DNA of 64,000 bases from Nostocaceae cyanobacterium (GCA_035298905.1 DATGXQ010000126.1:1296-65295), one strand, 5' to 3'. Shown: positions 27,835-38,576, counted from the stretch's first letter. Made by a program: numbers and translations. The notes: a model not told the origin generated them from the letters alone.

Positions 27835-29673
27835 ATGTCCCTCTACCCTCAGATTAAGCAATTTGTACTTGGTAAATCTTTACCTACCAGCGCCCACGCT
27901 GAAGAGAGATTAAGCAATGCCGCAGCTTTAGCCGTGCTTTCTTCTGATGCACTTTCTTCTGTTGCTTATGCCACAGAGGAAATTTTATTAGTGTTAGTAG
28001 CAGCAGGAAGCAATGCGCTGGGTTTGTCTCTCCCCATTGCTATAGCGATTATCATTCTTCTAAGCATAGTTGTACTTTCTTACCGCCAAACTATTCGCGC
28101 TTATCCTCAAGGGGGCGGTTCTTATATTGTTGCTAGGGAAAACTTAGGTTTATACCCTGGACTGGTGGCTGGTGGTTCATTAATGATTGACTACATTTTA
28201 ACAGTCACAGTCAGTATATCTGCGGGTACGGCTGCTTTGACTTCAGCTATTCCTCAATTACAACCCCACACAGTTCTTCTCTGTTTGATTTTCATTTTTC
28301 TGTTGATGCTGGCAAATTTGCGGGGTGTCAAGGAATCAGGCAAAATATTTATGATTCCTACCTATGCTTTTATTGCCAGTGTTTTTGTTTTAATTACTGT
28401 GGGTTTATTTAAGTATATTACTGGTGGGACTGTTGCACATAACTATCCTACACTTCCCGTTACAGAAGGACTGAGTTTATTCTTTATTTTACGTGCCTTT
28501 TCCGCAGGATGTACAGCATTAACGGGAGTTGAGGCGATTTCTGATGGAGTTTTGGCTTTCAAACAACCAGAATGGAAAAATGCCCGGTTAACATTACTCT
28601 ATTTGGGGGTAATTTTGGGTTTAATGTTTGTGGGCATTACTTATTTAGGTAATGTTTACCATGTTGTGCCAGAAGAGGGACAAACAGTAGTATCATTGCT
28701 AGGTAGGGAAATTCTAGGTGTTGGGCCACTGTACTATTTTCTGCAAATAGTGACTTTATTAATTTTGCTGTTAGCTGCCAATACCAGTTATGCAGACTTT
28801 CCCAGACTTTGTTACTTTTTGTCACGGGATGGATTTTTACCCAGACAATTATCACTGTTAGGCGATCGCCTGGTCTATTCCAACGGTATCATTCTCTTGA
28901 GTTTGTGCGCTGCCATCCTGGTAATAATTTTCAAAGGCCAAGTAAATGCTGTGATTCCCCTGTATGCAGTGGGTGTGTTTACTTCCTTCACCCTTTCCCA
29001 AGCCGGGATGGTGCGTCACTGGTTCCAAGAACAACGAGGACATTGGCACTATAGCGCAGTGATGAATGGCTTGGGGGCGATCGCTACCGCTATTGTCTTA
29101 GTTGTCATTGTTTCTACAAAGTTCCTTTTGGGCGCTTGGTTAGTGGTGTTAGCCATTCCTTTGTTAGTAGGTTTATTTGTGGCTATTCACCGTCACTATC
29201 AATACGTGTCCCAACGTCTAAGTATTCAAGGAATTGCCCCCCGGAGTTATATTCCTCGACCTAAACCAGAAGTGATCACTCATCCAGCAGTGGTATTGGT
29301 GGGACAATTAAACCGAGGCACAGTAGAAGCTTTAGATTATGCACGGACAATAGCAGATGAAATTGTAGCAGTGCATATAGATATTGGTTCTACAGACCGG
29401 GAAAAATTACAAGAAAAATGGCGTAATCTTGAGTCTGATATTCCTCTAGAAATCATCGATTCACCTTATCGTTCGGTCATTCATCCTCTTGTCGATTTTG
29501 TGAGTCGATTTGAAGAACGTCACCCTGATGTATTTACCACTATCATTGTTCCCGCTTTTGTAACTCGTAATTGGTGGGATGGCATTTTACATAACCAAAC
29601 AACTTTCTTTTTAAAGAATGCTTTACGCGCTAAGAAAAGCCGAGTTATTACCACAGTGAGACATTATCTGTAA
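27835..29673 (+). CDS. APC-superfamily permease with a cytoplasmic C-terminal domain
   Basis: About 12 TM segments. LSSDALSSVAYATEEIL is typical of the APC/KimA-like group. Confidence 0.7.
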   Translation: MSLYPQIKQFVLGKSLPTSAHAEERLSNAAALAVLSSDALSSVAYATEEILLVLVAAGSNALGLSLPIAIAIIILLSIVVLSYRQTIRAYPQGGGSYIVARENLGLYPGLVAGGSLMIDYILTVTVSISAGTAALTSAIPQLQPHTVLLCLIFIFLLMLANLRGVKESGKIFMIPTYAFIASVFVLITVGLFKYITGGTVAHNYPTLPVTEGLSLFFILRAFSAGCTALTGVEAISDGVLAFKQPEWKNARLTLLYLGVILGLMFVGITYLGNVYHVVPEEGQTVVSLLGREILGVGPLYYFLQIVTLLILLLAANTSYADFPRLCYFLSRDGFLPRQLSLLGDRLVYSNGIILLSLCAAILVIIFKGQVNAVIPLYAVGVFTSFTLSQAGMVRHWFQEQRGHWHYSAVMNGLGAIATAIVLVVIVSTKFLLGAWLVVLAIPLLVGLFVAIHRHYQYVSQRLSIQGIAPRSYIPRPKPEVITHPAVVLVGQLNRGTVEALDYARTIADEIVAVHIDIGSTDREKLQEKWRNLESDIPLEIIDSPYRSVIHPLVDFVSRFEERHPDVFTTIIVPAFVTRNWWDGILHNQTTFFLKNALRAKKSRVITTVRHYL

Positions 29674-29694
29674 TCTGATGATAATTGAAGTAGG

Positions 29695-29814
29695 GCAAAC
29701 GCACCTTATTTTTAAAATGCTTACTGGGCAAAGGTTTCAAGCGTTGTTAACTTTTGTATCTAAAAATTGAAACCCTTGCTGTGTATGGGTTACAGAATTT
29801 AAATGCGTTTGCCC
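29695..29814. repeat. 120-bp insertion with 11-bp terminal inverted repeats, flanked by a 16-bp direct duplication
   Basis: GGGCAAACGCA (29692-29702) and TGCGTTTGCCC (29804-29814). TGATAATTGAAGTAGG occurs at 29679-29694 and 29815-29830. Confidence 0.7.
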
Positions 29815-30047
29815 TGATAATTGAAGTAGGTAATGGGTAGATGTAAGCCAACTAATCACCTCTTGCCTATCAAATTTATTAGGAGCAAATACTTAGGGCT
29901 TGCTGAATAAATGTGAAAATATTACAGGTAAAGGGTTTGAGCCGTTCTCAGGTTAAAAAAGTGCAAGATTTTACGAGGTGGGAACTCAAAAACCTTGCAT
30001 TTAATTTCTACACAAAGGAAAAATAGCTCCCATCCAACTCTTGAAAC

Positions 30048-30078
30048 TGTTCCCTGTTCCCTGTTCCCTGTTCCCTGT
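30048..30078. repeat. solo heptamer array (TGTTCCC) x4
   Basis: Read directly. Confidence 0.9.
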
Positions 30079-30241
30079 CTCCACAACAAGACTTTTTCAG
30101 CAAACCCTACTTAGAGATAAAACCTTTGGCAGCAACTAATAAAATCTGATAGAGGAAGTGAACAAGTAATGCCAATTCAAAATTCAAAATTGGGAAAGTC
30201 AAGTTTGCTTAGGGTTGCCCGATTTACATCCGTTACCTTAT

Positions 30242-30344
30242 ACAGCAGATTTCAGGTAAATGAGGTACAAATTTTAAGAACAAAGCCATATACCAAGAGG
30301 CTTTCAACCCTGTTCCCTGTTAAGAGTTCCCTGTTCCCTGCTGT
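30242..30344 (-). repeat. MITE-like repeat, family A (inverted orientation)
   Basis: ACAGCAGATTTCAGGTAAATGAGGTACAAA...CTTTCAACCCTGTTCCCTG...CTGCTGT. Confidence 0.8.
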
Positions 30345-30489
30345 AATAGTAAATTGGAATTATAAGAGCAATGACAAGATGATCGCTATACCGTTTATAG
30401 CCAGCACTATTAATACCAATTTACTAAAAGAGTGTAACAACTATAAATCGTCAAATCCTGATCAAATCTGGTCTTACCCATTTTGAATT

Positions 30490-30518
30490 TTGTTGGCGAA
30501 GCCTTGCCGAAGGCTATT
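30490..30518. repeat. 29-bp mini-insert TTGTTGGCGAAGCCTTGCCGAAGGCTATT within TTTTGAA heptamers
   Basis: An exact second copy lies at 62962-62990. Confidence 0.85.
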
Positions 30519-30541
30519 TTGAATTTTGAATTGGTATAAGC

Positions 30542-31102
30542 TTACTCAATCAGTTTTTCTAAGTACTGAGCTATCATCTGCTGTTGACCAGCACGGGAAA
30601 TTACTGTTTGTCTTGTACGGTATTGCTTACCAATAAATTTTAATTCTTCTTCAAACAAAGAGCCATTTTCTTCTGTCCACAAATAAATAGTTTGAGGATC
30701 ACGAAAGTAAAATTTAGCTATAACTAGCCTTGGTACAGGAAAATTACGCCCAAAATACATAGTATCTCCTATTGTACCCAAAACAGTCCAGCGTTTAGTT
30801 CCTTCCTCTCCTGTCTCTAAATCTACACCATTCCATTCCACATAAGAACCACATTCCATACAAGCAGTTTGATCCAGTTGATGCAGTTGTGCTAAATCAA
30901 TTAATTCAGTACAGCCTTCATCTAGAAATTTCATGGATACTGTTTTCTTAATATCCCTGATTTTACCATTGGGTAGTGCATAGTATCTACGCTCTGAACA
31001 CCATTTACCGTCAGATGCCTTGAGAAAATCTTTGATCAAATTAGCTGCATCTTGAGTAGTAAGTTGAGAAAACTTATCGAGATAGGTTTTACTAGAATGC
31101 AT
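30542..31102 (-). CDS. CpcS/CpeS-family (DUF1001) phycobiliprotein lyase-like protein
   Basis: DGKWCSERRYY, YVEWNG and EEELKFIGKQYRTRQTVIS match the GxWxSxR, V.WNG and EE..WF...R.R pattern of S-type lyases (from memory). Confidence 0.5.
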   Translation of the reverse strand: MHSSKTYLDKFSQLTTQDAANLIKDFLKASDGKWCSERRYYALPNGKIRDIKKTVSMKFLDEGCTELIDLAQLHQLDQTACMECGSYVEWNGVDLETGEEGTKRWTVLGTIGDTMYFGRNFPVPRLVIAKFYFRDPQTIYLWTEENGSLFEEELKFIGKQYRTRQTVISRAGQQQMIAQYLEKLIE

Positions 31103-31380
31103 GACTTATTGAGGTTGTTCAAAAGAATAGATGCGTCAAAATTGGAGAGTTAATAATTTGTTTAACTCTCAAAGATTCGGGCTATTTTCGACCTACAGGA
31201 ACTGCTGTTTGTTGAGCAGACATAATGCTTTTTATACGTTACTATTATTTTATATTAAGATATGTTTACCAATAGTAGGGACACTGAAATGTTTATAATA
31301 CATTATACTAAGTATACAATAATCCTCTATGTAATGTTAGTTTGAATAGTTAACATTCATAGTCGAAAAACTACAGTTTT

Positions 31381-31797
31381 ATGTATAAGCTCATATCTGC
31401 AACACTGCTAACTACTACGCTGCTGTTATCAACCAATAACTTTTCATTTGCGGGTACTTGTGCTTCTCGTTGTGGCCCCCGTCCCCTGGAGGTCAAACCG
31501 GGTCAATATATTCGGTTGCAAGTGGTCAATAAAACCTATGGGCCTTTAAAAATCGAGGATGTGCAAGCTAGAAAGCAAATGACTCTGGAATCAGGGAAAG
31601 AATTACAATTGGATCAGGCAGGTGCAACAGAACCTAATCTGTCAATTTTGTTTTGGGATGAGGATGGGAGGTCTTTACAGGGGGTTGTATCTAAACCAAA
31701 TCCGTGGATTTTGCGTTTAGAAATTCGTCCTAGTAATCGTTATCCTAGCGATCGCTCTCTTTACATTCTTAACGATGGTCGTGTAAATGTGTTCTAA
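31381..31797 (+). CDS. small secreted protein
   Basis: Signal peptide LLLSTNNFSFA|GT. Confidence 0.45.
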   Translation: MYKLISATLLTTTLLLSTNNFSFAGTCASRCGPRPLEVKPGQYIRLQVVNKTYGPLKIEDVQARKQMTLESGKELQLDQAGATEPNLSILFWDEDGRSLQGVVSKPNPWILRLEIRPSNRYPSDRSLYILNDGRVNVF

Positions 31798-31836
31798 AGG
31801 TGCAAAATATTCTATAGTGCTAAACTTGCCTAATTT

Positions 31837-33894
31837 TTGATTGTGCCAGACCGACCTTACTCTGAAATTGCGACAAATTCCCAACGTTTACCGATTCAGC
31901 GTTGGCAATTTTATCCCACAAAGCCAGATATAGCGCAAGAATTGGTGATTTTAACCAATCTATCTCCTATTATCTGCCAATTGCTGATTAATCGGGGCAT
32001 GGAAACGCCAGAACAAGCGCAAACTTTTCTTGACCCTGAATCTCTCAATTTACCTTCACCCTTGGAGGAATTTCCCCATTTAGCGGTGAGTGTGGAATTG
32101 TTGGAACAGGCGATCGCTAATAAGATGAAAATTGCCATTTGTGGAGATTATGACGCAGATGGCATGACTAGTACTGCATTACTATTGCGTAGCCTCCGCG
32201 CCTTGGGTGCTGATGTAGATTACGCCATACCTAGTCGAATGCATGATGGTTATGGTATTAATAAGCGGATTGTAGAAGAATTTTACAATGAAGGTGTGGG
32301 TTTAATTCTCACTGTTGATAATGGAATTTCTGCTTTTGAACCTATTAAAAGAGCGAGAGAATTAGGTTTACAAGTAATTATCACAGACCATCATGATCTA
32401 CCCCAACAATTACCCCCAGCTAATGCTATTCTCAACCCCAAATTAATTGCGGAAACTTCACCTTATCGCGGCGTTGCTGGTGTAGGTGTGGCTTATATTC
32501 TAGCTGTTTCTTTAGCACAGCAATTAGGAGAAGGTAGAAGTTTAATTCCTGTAATGTTAGCTTTATTTACTTTGGGAACAATTGCTGATTTAGCCCCGTT
32601 AGTTGGTGTTAATCGCCGTTGGGTAAAACGGGGTTTAAAAGTTTTACCTAAATCTAGTTTACCAGGTATTCAATGTTTAATTCAAGTGGCTGGTGTTCAA
32701 CCTAGTGAAAATGGTCAAAGTGCTAATAATTCCAAAACATTAAAACCTGAAGATATTGGTTTTCGACTGGGACCGAGAATTAATGCGATCGGCAGAATTG
32801 GTGATCCACAAATTGTTATAGATTTACTGACTACAGATGATTGGGGAATAGCACTAGAAAAAGCCATGCAGTGCGAACAAACCAACCTCCAGCGTCAGCA
32901 GATGTGCGAACAAATTGAAAAAGAAGCGATCGCTATTGTTGAAGAGTTATACAGTCAAACTTTACACCAAGATAGAGTATTAGTAGTTGTCCATGAAAAC
33001 TGGCATCACGGTGTAATCGGGATTGTGGCTTCTCGACTAGTTGAGCGTTATGGTGTTCCGGTATTTATTGCTACTAATGAAAACGAGAGTTTAATTCGCG
33101 GTTCAGCTAGAGGTATTCCCGAATTTCATGTATTTACAGCCTTAGAATTTTGTCACGATTTACTGGGTAAATTTGGTGGACATAAAGCCGCAGGTGGATT
33201 TTCTTTACCATCGGAGAATTTATCAGAATTTAGGCGGCGTTTATCTCAGTTTGCTAACAATTGTTTAGAATTACAACACCTCAAACCCTTATTAAAAATC
33301 GACACTCAAGTCAATTTTGACCAAATCAATTCTACACTTTACGAACAGTTAAACATTCTCCATCCTTGCGGTATTGATAACCCTGATCCGGTGTTTTGGA
33401 CTCCTAATGTCCACATAGCTGAACAGCAAATTGTCGGTAAAGGTCACATTAAGTTAACTCTATCACAAACAGTCAATTATCAGAGGTATGAAATAAAGGC
33501 GATCGCTTGGCGTTGGCGTGATTATTTTCCTTTACCTCAACGTCTAGACATTGCTTACAAATTGCGGGAAAATAACTTTAATGGCAAAACAACAATTGAA
33601 CTAGAATTATTAGGTGTAAGATTACCAAATCAAGCACCAGAACCTTTCTCTTTATTCCCACGTCAAGCCACTTTTGAATACAAACAGCGTCAATACACCT
33701 GTGGCGTTTATCAAAATGGTGTTGGTTCGGAACTGAGGATTAAAAATCCTGAAGGGAAAATTTTAGTGATGCAGCCAGGTAATACAATCGGGTTGATTGG
33801 CAACAGTCAAGAGGATGCAAAACAGGTTGATTTATCTCAACCTCAATTTAATTGTATTGTTCAAGCTGCTATTCAAGCTTTGGAAATTACTTAA
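31837..33894 (+). CDS. recJ: single-stranded-DNA-specific exonuclease RecJ
   Basis: DHH motifs ICGDYDADGMTS, TVDNG and ITDHHD, plus DHHA1 GGHKAAGG. Confidence 0.9.
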   Translation: MIVPDRPYSEIATNSQRLPIQRWQFYPTKPDIAQELVILTNLSPIICQLLINRGMETPEQAQTFLDPESLNLPSPLEEFPHLAVSVELLEQAIANKMKIAICGDYDADGMTSTALLLRSLRALGADVDYAIPSRMHDGYGINKRIVEEFYNEGVGLILTVDNGISAFEPIKRARELGLQVIITDHHDLPQQLPPANAILNPKLIAETSPYRGVAGVGVAYILAVSLAQQLGEGRSLIPVMLALFTLGTIADLAPLVGVNRRWVKRGLKVLPKSSLPGIQCLIQVAGVQPSENGQSANNSKTLKPEDIGFRLGPRINAIGRIGDPQIVIDLLTTDDWGIALEKAMQCEQTNLQRQQMCEQIEKEAIAIVEELYSQTLHQDRVLVVVHENWHHGVIGIVASRLVERYGVPVFIATNENESLIRGSARGIPEFHVFTALEFCHDLLGKFGGHKAAGGFSLPSENLSEFRRRLSQFANNCLELQHLKPLLKIDTQVNFDQINSTLYEQLNILHPCGIDNPDPVFWTPNVHIAEQQIVGKGHIKLTLSQTVNYQRYEIKAIAWRWRDYFPLPQRLDIAYKLRENNFNGKTTIELELLGVRLPNQAPEPFSLFPRQATFEYKQRQYTCGVYQNGVGSELRIKNPEGKILVMQPGNTIGLIGNSQEDAKQVDLSQPQFNCIVQAAIQALEIT

Positions 33895-34173
33895 ACGTCA
33901 GTTAATGCGGATAGTAAGATTAAGAGGCAGTTAAATGAAAATGTGAGGATTTATTTAAACGCAGATGGACGCAGACAGACGCAGAGGGACGCAGATAAAA
34001 AACAATCTCTATTTTCTGTTACTAAATTAGGAGTGCTGAGTTATTGCAGTGCAAATCTTGACAGTAATTTGCGACCTGTTGAAGTCTAGAAATTAAGTCA
34101 AAGCTGAGTAAGAAGCTGATTTTAATTCTGACTTCTGACCCTTGACTCAGCACTCATAACTTAGTTGGGACTA

Positions 34174-34302
34174 TTACAGGTCGCCGTTGCGGAAAGCTAA
34201 AACAAAGATAACTGCTGGCCCAGCAAGTACAATCAGTGCAACGAAGGTTAACTGTAAAATTACTTCCCAGTTGAGGTTGCCTAAATTTGCTAAAAAGTCC
34301 AT
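34174..34302 (-). CDS. psb30: photosystem II protein Psb30 (Ycf12), 42 aa; not in the ORF track
   Basis: Own translation: [51 protein letters not shown] 7 nt upstream. Confidence 0.8.
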   Translation of the reverse strand: MDFLANLGNLNWEVILQLTFVALIVLAGPAVIFVLAFRNGDL

Positions 34303-34463
34303 AATCTTTTCCTCCCAGTGGTTTTAAAAGATTCAATAATCAATTGCACAACTCGCAACTGATCATATCTGGCTAAAGGCGACCAGATTTAATTTACTTA
34401 ACAAAATTATAGAAAAAAACACAAAAAAGTAAAATAGCAAACAGACAAAGGGGTTTGATCAAA

Positions 34464-34823
34464 ATGGCTACTTGGCAATGTGTAAAGCAATGTGGTGCTT
34501 GCTGTCACCTAGATCCAGCAGAACGTCCAGATTTGGAAGATTATCTCACACCAGAGGAACTAGAGTTGTATTTGAGTATGGTTGGTGAGGACGGTTGGTG
34601 TGTAAATTTTGACCATGATACACGAGAATGCCGCATTTATTCCCAGCGTCCGCGCTTCTGTCGGGTGACAGTAGAGACATTTACAGAGATGTTTGGGATT
34701 GAACCAGAAGAGTTAGACGATTTTGCCATAGATTGCTGTCGTCAGCAAATTGAAGGGGTTTATGGCGATCGCAGTTTGGAAATTTTGCGCTTCGATCGCG
34801 CGATCGGTTACATCGAATGTTAA
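34464..34823 (+). CDS. YkgJ-family (UPF0153) cysteine-cluster protein
   Basis: CVKQCGACCH plus C-terminal CRIY...FCR. Confidence 0.7.
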   Translation: MATWQCVKQCGACCHLDPAERPDLEDYLTPEELELYLSMVGEDGWCVNFDHDTRECRIYSQRPRFCRVTVETFTEMFGIEPEELDDFAIDCCRQQIEGVYGDRSLEILRFDRAIGYIEC

Positions 34824-34942
34824 TGAAGAATAGCGGGTTTCACAAGTTTCTGTGCTATTTTCTCCTAAAAAGTTGCAATTTATTACAATCATCTGAGAAA
34901 ATGAAAGGAATATGAAAAAACCTAGCAATAGAATTACTACTT

Positions 34943-35347
34943 GTGAAACTCGACTCACCACCCGTCAGCATTTCTAGCGATTCTCCGACCACAAGCCAGT
35001 TAAATCTGGAAAATGAGACTCAAGCAACACTCCAGCCTGTAGTTAGCAGCGATGACAAAAAGCGAGAATCTGTTTTTGTCACATTTAGTACAACATTTGT
35101 CACTATCTTTTTAGCAGAAATTGGCGATAAAACCCAACTTTCAACATTACTAATGAGTGCAGAATCTCATGCACCTTGGGTAGTTTTCCTGGGTTCTGGT
35201 GCTGCATTAATTACTACAAGTTTATTAGGTGTATTATTGGGTAGTTGGATAGCCAGCAAACTCAGCCCTAAAACTGTAGAAAAATCAGCAGGTGTAATGT
35301 TATTGCTAATTTCTATCATGCTAGTTTGGGATATAATTGGCAATTAA
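34943..35347 (+). CDS. UPF0016 (TMEM165/GDT1) half-size membrane protein
   Basis: EIGDKTQL signature. Confidence 0.75.
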   Translation: MKLDSPPVSISSDSPTTSQLNLENETQATLQPVVSSDDKKRESVFVTFSTTFVTIFLAEIGDKTQLSTLLMSAESHAPWVVFLGSGAALITTSLLGVLLGSWIASKLSPKTVEKSAGVMLLLISIMLVWDIIGN

Positions 35348-35425
35348 ACAGCAAAAGCATGTATGAAGCTAACTGTCTAGTCAAACAGTTTTTAACTTTT
35401 AATTTTTCATTTTTAACTGTTCACT

Positions 35426-35716
35426 ATGGATTGGAATCTTTTAGGACTAAGCTTTATTACGGTTTTTCTGTCAGAATTAGGTGATAAAAGTCAACTAGCA
35501 GCGATCGCACTTTCTGGTCGTGGTCAATCACAAAAAGCTGTATTCTTTGGCACGGCTGGCGCACTGTTATTAACTAGCTTTTTAGGCGCGATCGCTGGGG
35601 GAGTAGTATCAGAAATATTACCTACTAGATTGTTGAAGGCGATCGCAGCTGTAGGATTTGCTATCTTAGCTATTCGTTTGCTGTTACCCAAAAATGAAAG
35701 TGAAACAGAAGATTAA
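35426..35716 (+). CDS. UPF0016 (TMEM165/GDT1) half-size membrane protein, partner of the previous gene
   Basis: ELGDKSQL signature. Confidence 0.75.
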   Translation: MDWNLLGLSFITVFLSELGDKSQLAAIALSGRGQSQKAVFFGTAGALLLTSFLGAIAGGVVSEILPTRLLKAIAAVGFAILAIRLLLPKNESETED

Positions 35717-36072
35717 CTAGCTTTTTCAGCTAAAAATACTATTTAGCTAAATAATACAAGCATCGGCGTGGTCTAGCTACGCCGAACAAAAACTTACTAT
35801 AAAAGGCGAAATTTATTAAATCAAATAATTTGATAGTCAGTAGTAGTTAATCTAATACATTATTCTCTTAATTTTATCAGCTAAATTTTTGACACTTCAC
35901 GAAATTAAAATCAACTAAAATAGTGCTAATGATTAAGTTATTCGGCATACATCATAATTTTTGAGTGCATCCGACTTGTATAATTTCCAGCCAAATCATT
36001 GTTAACTATATTCTGCTGGACTAGGAAAAATGGTGAACCAAAAGCGTTGCACCTGCGTCGTCTAGTGGACAA

Positions 36073-37383
36073 ATGCTTGTAGACTGTATGACAAACACAT
36101 TGCATCACCAAAAAATGCGATCGCACAAGTGGCCAGATAAAGCATCATTTAAAAGTATGAACTTCATTTTCCTGCGTTCAGGGTGGCAACGTAGCATAAT
36201 AGCCGTTCGTCAGATTTTACCCAAAAAAAGCTTGTTTTCTCTACTGCTCTTTTTCTCTTTTCTCTCAGTTTTACTTTTAGGCAGCTTTACTCCAATTAAT
36301 GCCCAAATACCCCGTCAAGAAATTCGTGGCGTTTGGATGACAAACAACGATCTTGATATCATGAAAGATCGGAATAAAGTTCAAGAAGCTGTTACCCAAC
36401 TACGAAAACTTAACTTTAATACCATCTATCCCGTAGTATGGAATTCAGGATATGTAATGTATCCCAGCCCTGTAGCGCAAAAAATCGGTATTCAACCATT
36501 TGTATTTCGCGGTTCAGATGGACATGATATTTTAGCTGATGTAATTGCTAAAGCCCATAGTCAAAATTTATTAGTAGTTCCTTGGTTTGAATTTGGGTTT
36601 ATGGCTCCCCCAACATCAGAATTAGTATTAAATAAACCAGAGTGGTTTACACAAAAACAAGACGGTAGTCAAACTTCTATTAGTGCGGCTGGTGAAGTAA
36701 TGTGGCTTAATCCCTTCCGTCCAGAAGTACAGAAATTTATCACTGATTTAGTCTTAGAAGTTGTTACTAAATACGATGTTGATGGGATTCAGTTTGACGA
36801 CCACATGAGTTTACCCCGTGAATTTGGTTATGATCAATACACCATCAATTTATACAAACAAGAAACCAAAAATCTCCCACCTAAAAATGTTGATGATTTA
36901 GACTGGGTAGCTTGGCGGGCAAATAAAATTACCAATTTCATGATTCAACTCAACCAAGCAGTAAAACAAAGAAAACCAAAAGCCATCTTCTCAGTTTCTC
37001 CCAATTATTACGACTTTGCCTATAAGCTACAACTACAAGACTGGTTAAGTTGGGTAAGATTAAATATTGTAGATGAGCTAATTGTGCAAGTTTATCGCCC
37101 AAATTTACCAAGTTTCGTCGAAAAACTCGACCGCCCAGAAATGGAAGAAGTAAAAAACATGGTTCCTAATACTGGGGTGGGAATTATGGCAGGTTTAAGA
37201 ACAAACCCTGTACCCATACAACTAATTAAATCTCAAGTTAGTGCAGCCCAAGAACGAGGATTAGGAGTAATTTTCTTTTATTACGAAAGCCTCTGGAATG
37301 CCGCACCAGAACCCATAGCCGAACGCCAATCTGGATTCCAAACCCTCTTCCCCAATCCAGCTTTGAGAGCGCGTTTAGATTAA
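36073..37383 (+). CDS. glycoside-hydrolase-like family 10 (DUF187/YngK-like) protein
   Basis: TM/signal segment, then EIRGVWMTN...NTIYPVVWNSGY...PWFEFGF. The start is probably downstream of 36073. Confidence 0.65.
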   Translation: MLVDCMTNTLHHQKMRSHKWPDKASFKSMNFIFLRSGWQRSIIAVRQILPKKSLFSLLLFFSFLSVLLLGSFTPINAQIPRQEIRGVWMTNNDLDIMKDRNKVQEAVTQLRKLNFNTIYPVVWNSGYVMYPSPVAQKIGIQPFVFRGSDGHDILADVIAKAHSQNLLVVPWFEFGFMAPPTSELVLNKPEWFTQKQDGSQTSISAAGEVMWLNPFRPEVQKFITDLVLEVVTKYDVDGIQFDDHMSLPREFGYDQYTINLYKQETKNLPPKNVDDLDWVAWRANKITNFMIQLNQAVKQRKPKAIFSVSPNYYDFAYKLQLQDWLSWVRLNIVDELIVQVYRPNLPSFVEKLDRPEMEEVKNMVPNTGVGIMAGLRTNPVPIQLIKSQVSAAQERGLGVIFFYYESLWNAAPEPIAERQSGFQTLFPNPALRARLD

Positions 37384-37419
37384 GCTAGAAGGCAGGAAGC
37401 AGGAGTTAATAAATCGGCA

Positions 37420-37440
37420 GGACATGGCAGTGCCATGTCC
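37420..37440. repeat. palindromic hairpin repeat GGACATGGCA-G-TGCCATGTCC
   Basis: Read directly. Related copies at 37739-37757 and 55104-55124 (GGACAAAGCA-T-TGCTTTGTCC). Confidence 0.85.
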
Positions 37441-37485
37441 CTACCATACAATCCTCATAGCTCATTTGAAATTATACAGCAGAAT

Positions 37486-37578
37486 TCAGGAGTCAGGAGT
37501 CAGGAGTCAGAAGTAAAAGTCGCTTGGTGTCTGAGTTTCGATTTTCAATTTGTACCTCATGTACTGGAAATATGCTGT
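37486..37578 (+). repeat. MITE-like repeat, family B (ACAGCAG, (CAGGAGT)n, tail, CTGT end)
   Basis: Near-identical copy at 58156-58251. The tail is related to that of family A. Confidence 0.8.
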
Positions 37579-38325
37579 ATAATTACCGAATGTTTTAGAA
37601 ATCGGAGTCTTAATTTTTTTATGTTCATTATTGTTTTTTGAGTTTTCACAATCTTCACACACACGATTAATATAATATTGAAATTAATGCCATTTAATTA
37701 AAACTATAAGACTGTAATATATAAATATATTGTGTAGAGACATGGCAATGCCATGTCCTTCCGAGAATATTAATTTTATTGCAAAATTCCCATAATATAA
37801 ACCTCAAAAGGCTTGATTTGCTTTCAATTTGCACAGTTCAGCATAGTTTAGGTAGCCTCTAATTTTATTTCCTTTGGATATTGTTGACAAAGATTTTTCG
37901 ATGGTATATTCTTAATTTATATGTATAGGCGGACAGTTTATCTAAAAGAACAAACCGCTACAGCGCATCAAAACACAAGTAATCCTTATGTGACGAAAAT
38001 GTTCTTGATTAAGTCTTGAGCCGCCTTTAAAATATTTATCGCGCTGAAGTTGGTGTGTTCTGGCAAAAACAGTAAAAAACAACTCTGACAACTGTAGGTT
38101 TTTTGTTGTGTAGAGGTTTTGATACTGCAATAACTCCATAAAGCAGATTGAGTTCTCAAAATTTGAGAGCTTTAATTGTCTATGGTTGAATGCCAGGATA
38201 TACTAACTTTAGTTGTATATACTTTGTGAAATCAATCTGCTGTTGTGTAGTTACTGCAAAATCTTGAACTCTCATCACAAAAACCTCCAGTTGTGGAAAA
38301 TTAACAGCATCCCAACAGAGGTAAA

Positions 38326-38550
38326 ATGCCTAACAAACCAAAAGATAAAGCTATTAAAATTCTTACTCAGTACGAAAGATTAGCAAATAAATATGGTTTA
38401 AAGCTATCAGATGAGAAAATCAAAGAACTGAATGATTTACGAGATAGAGGATTAATTAAAATCTCAAATCTTCCTGCTAAATTACGCGCTGAGTTTCCTG
38501 GTGAGTTTCGTGATATGAATCTTAATGACATTCGAGCGTATCAGGAGTAA
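38326..38550 (+). CDS. hypothetical 74-aa protein
   Basis: ORF with an AGAGG SD, followed 26 bp later by the HEAT-repeat gene. Confidence 0.4.
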   Translation: MPNKPKDKAIKILTQYERLANKYGLKLSDEKIKELNDLRDRGLIKISNLPAKLRAEFPGEFRDMNLNDIRAYQE

Positions 38551-38576
38551 AATAAATGAATTAGAGGAGGTAAGAC

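Noticed and set aside
30169-30486. 105-aa ORF
   Set aside because: It reads straight through a family A MITE and heptamer arrays, with low-complexity translation and no SD. It is a repeat artefact.
26402-33894. sbcD and recJ as parts of a defence nuclease system
   Set aside because: Both are canonical housekeeping repair nucleases, separated by unrelated core genes. No partner genes suggest a defence operon.
37435-37641. 68-aa ORF
   Set aside because: It spans the palindromic hairpin repeat and the family B MITE, so it is a repeat artefact.
37640-38325. Possible structured ncRNA (AGGCGG...CCGCCT long-range pairing around 37928-38025)
   Set aside because: Only one weak 6-bp pairing was seen by eye, and there is no recognisable riboswitch, 6S, RNase P, tmRNA or tRNA signature. 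This cannot be supported without covariation analysis.
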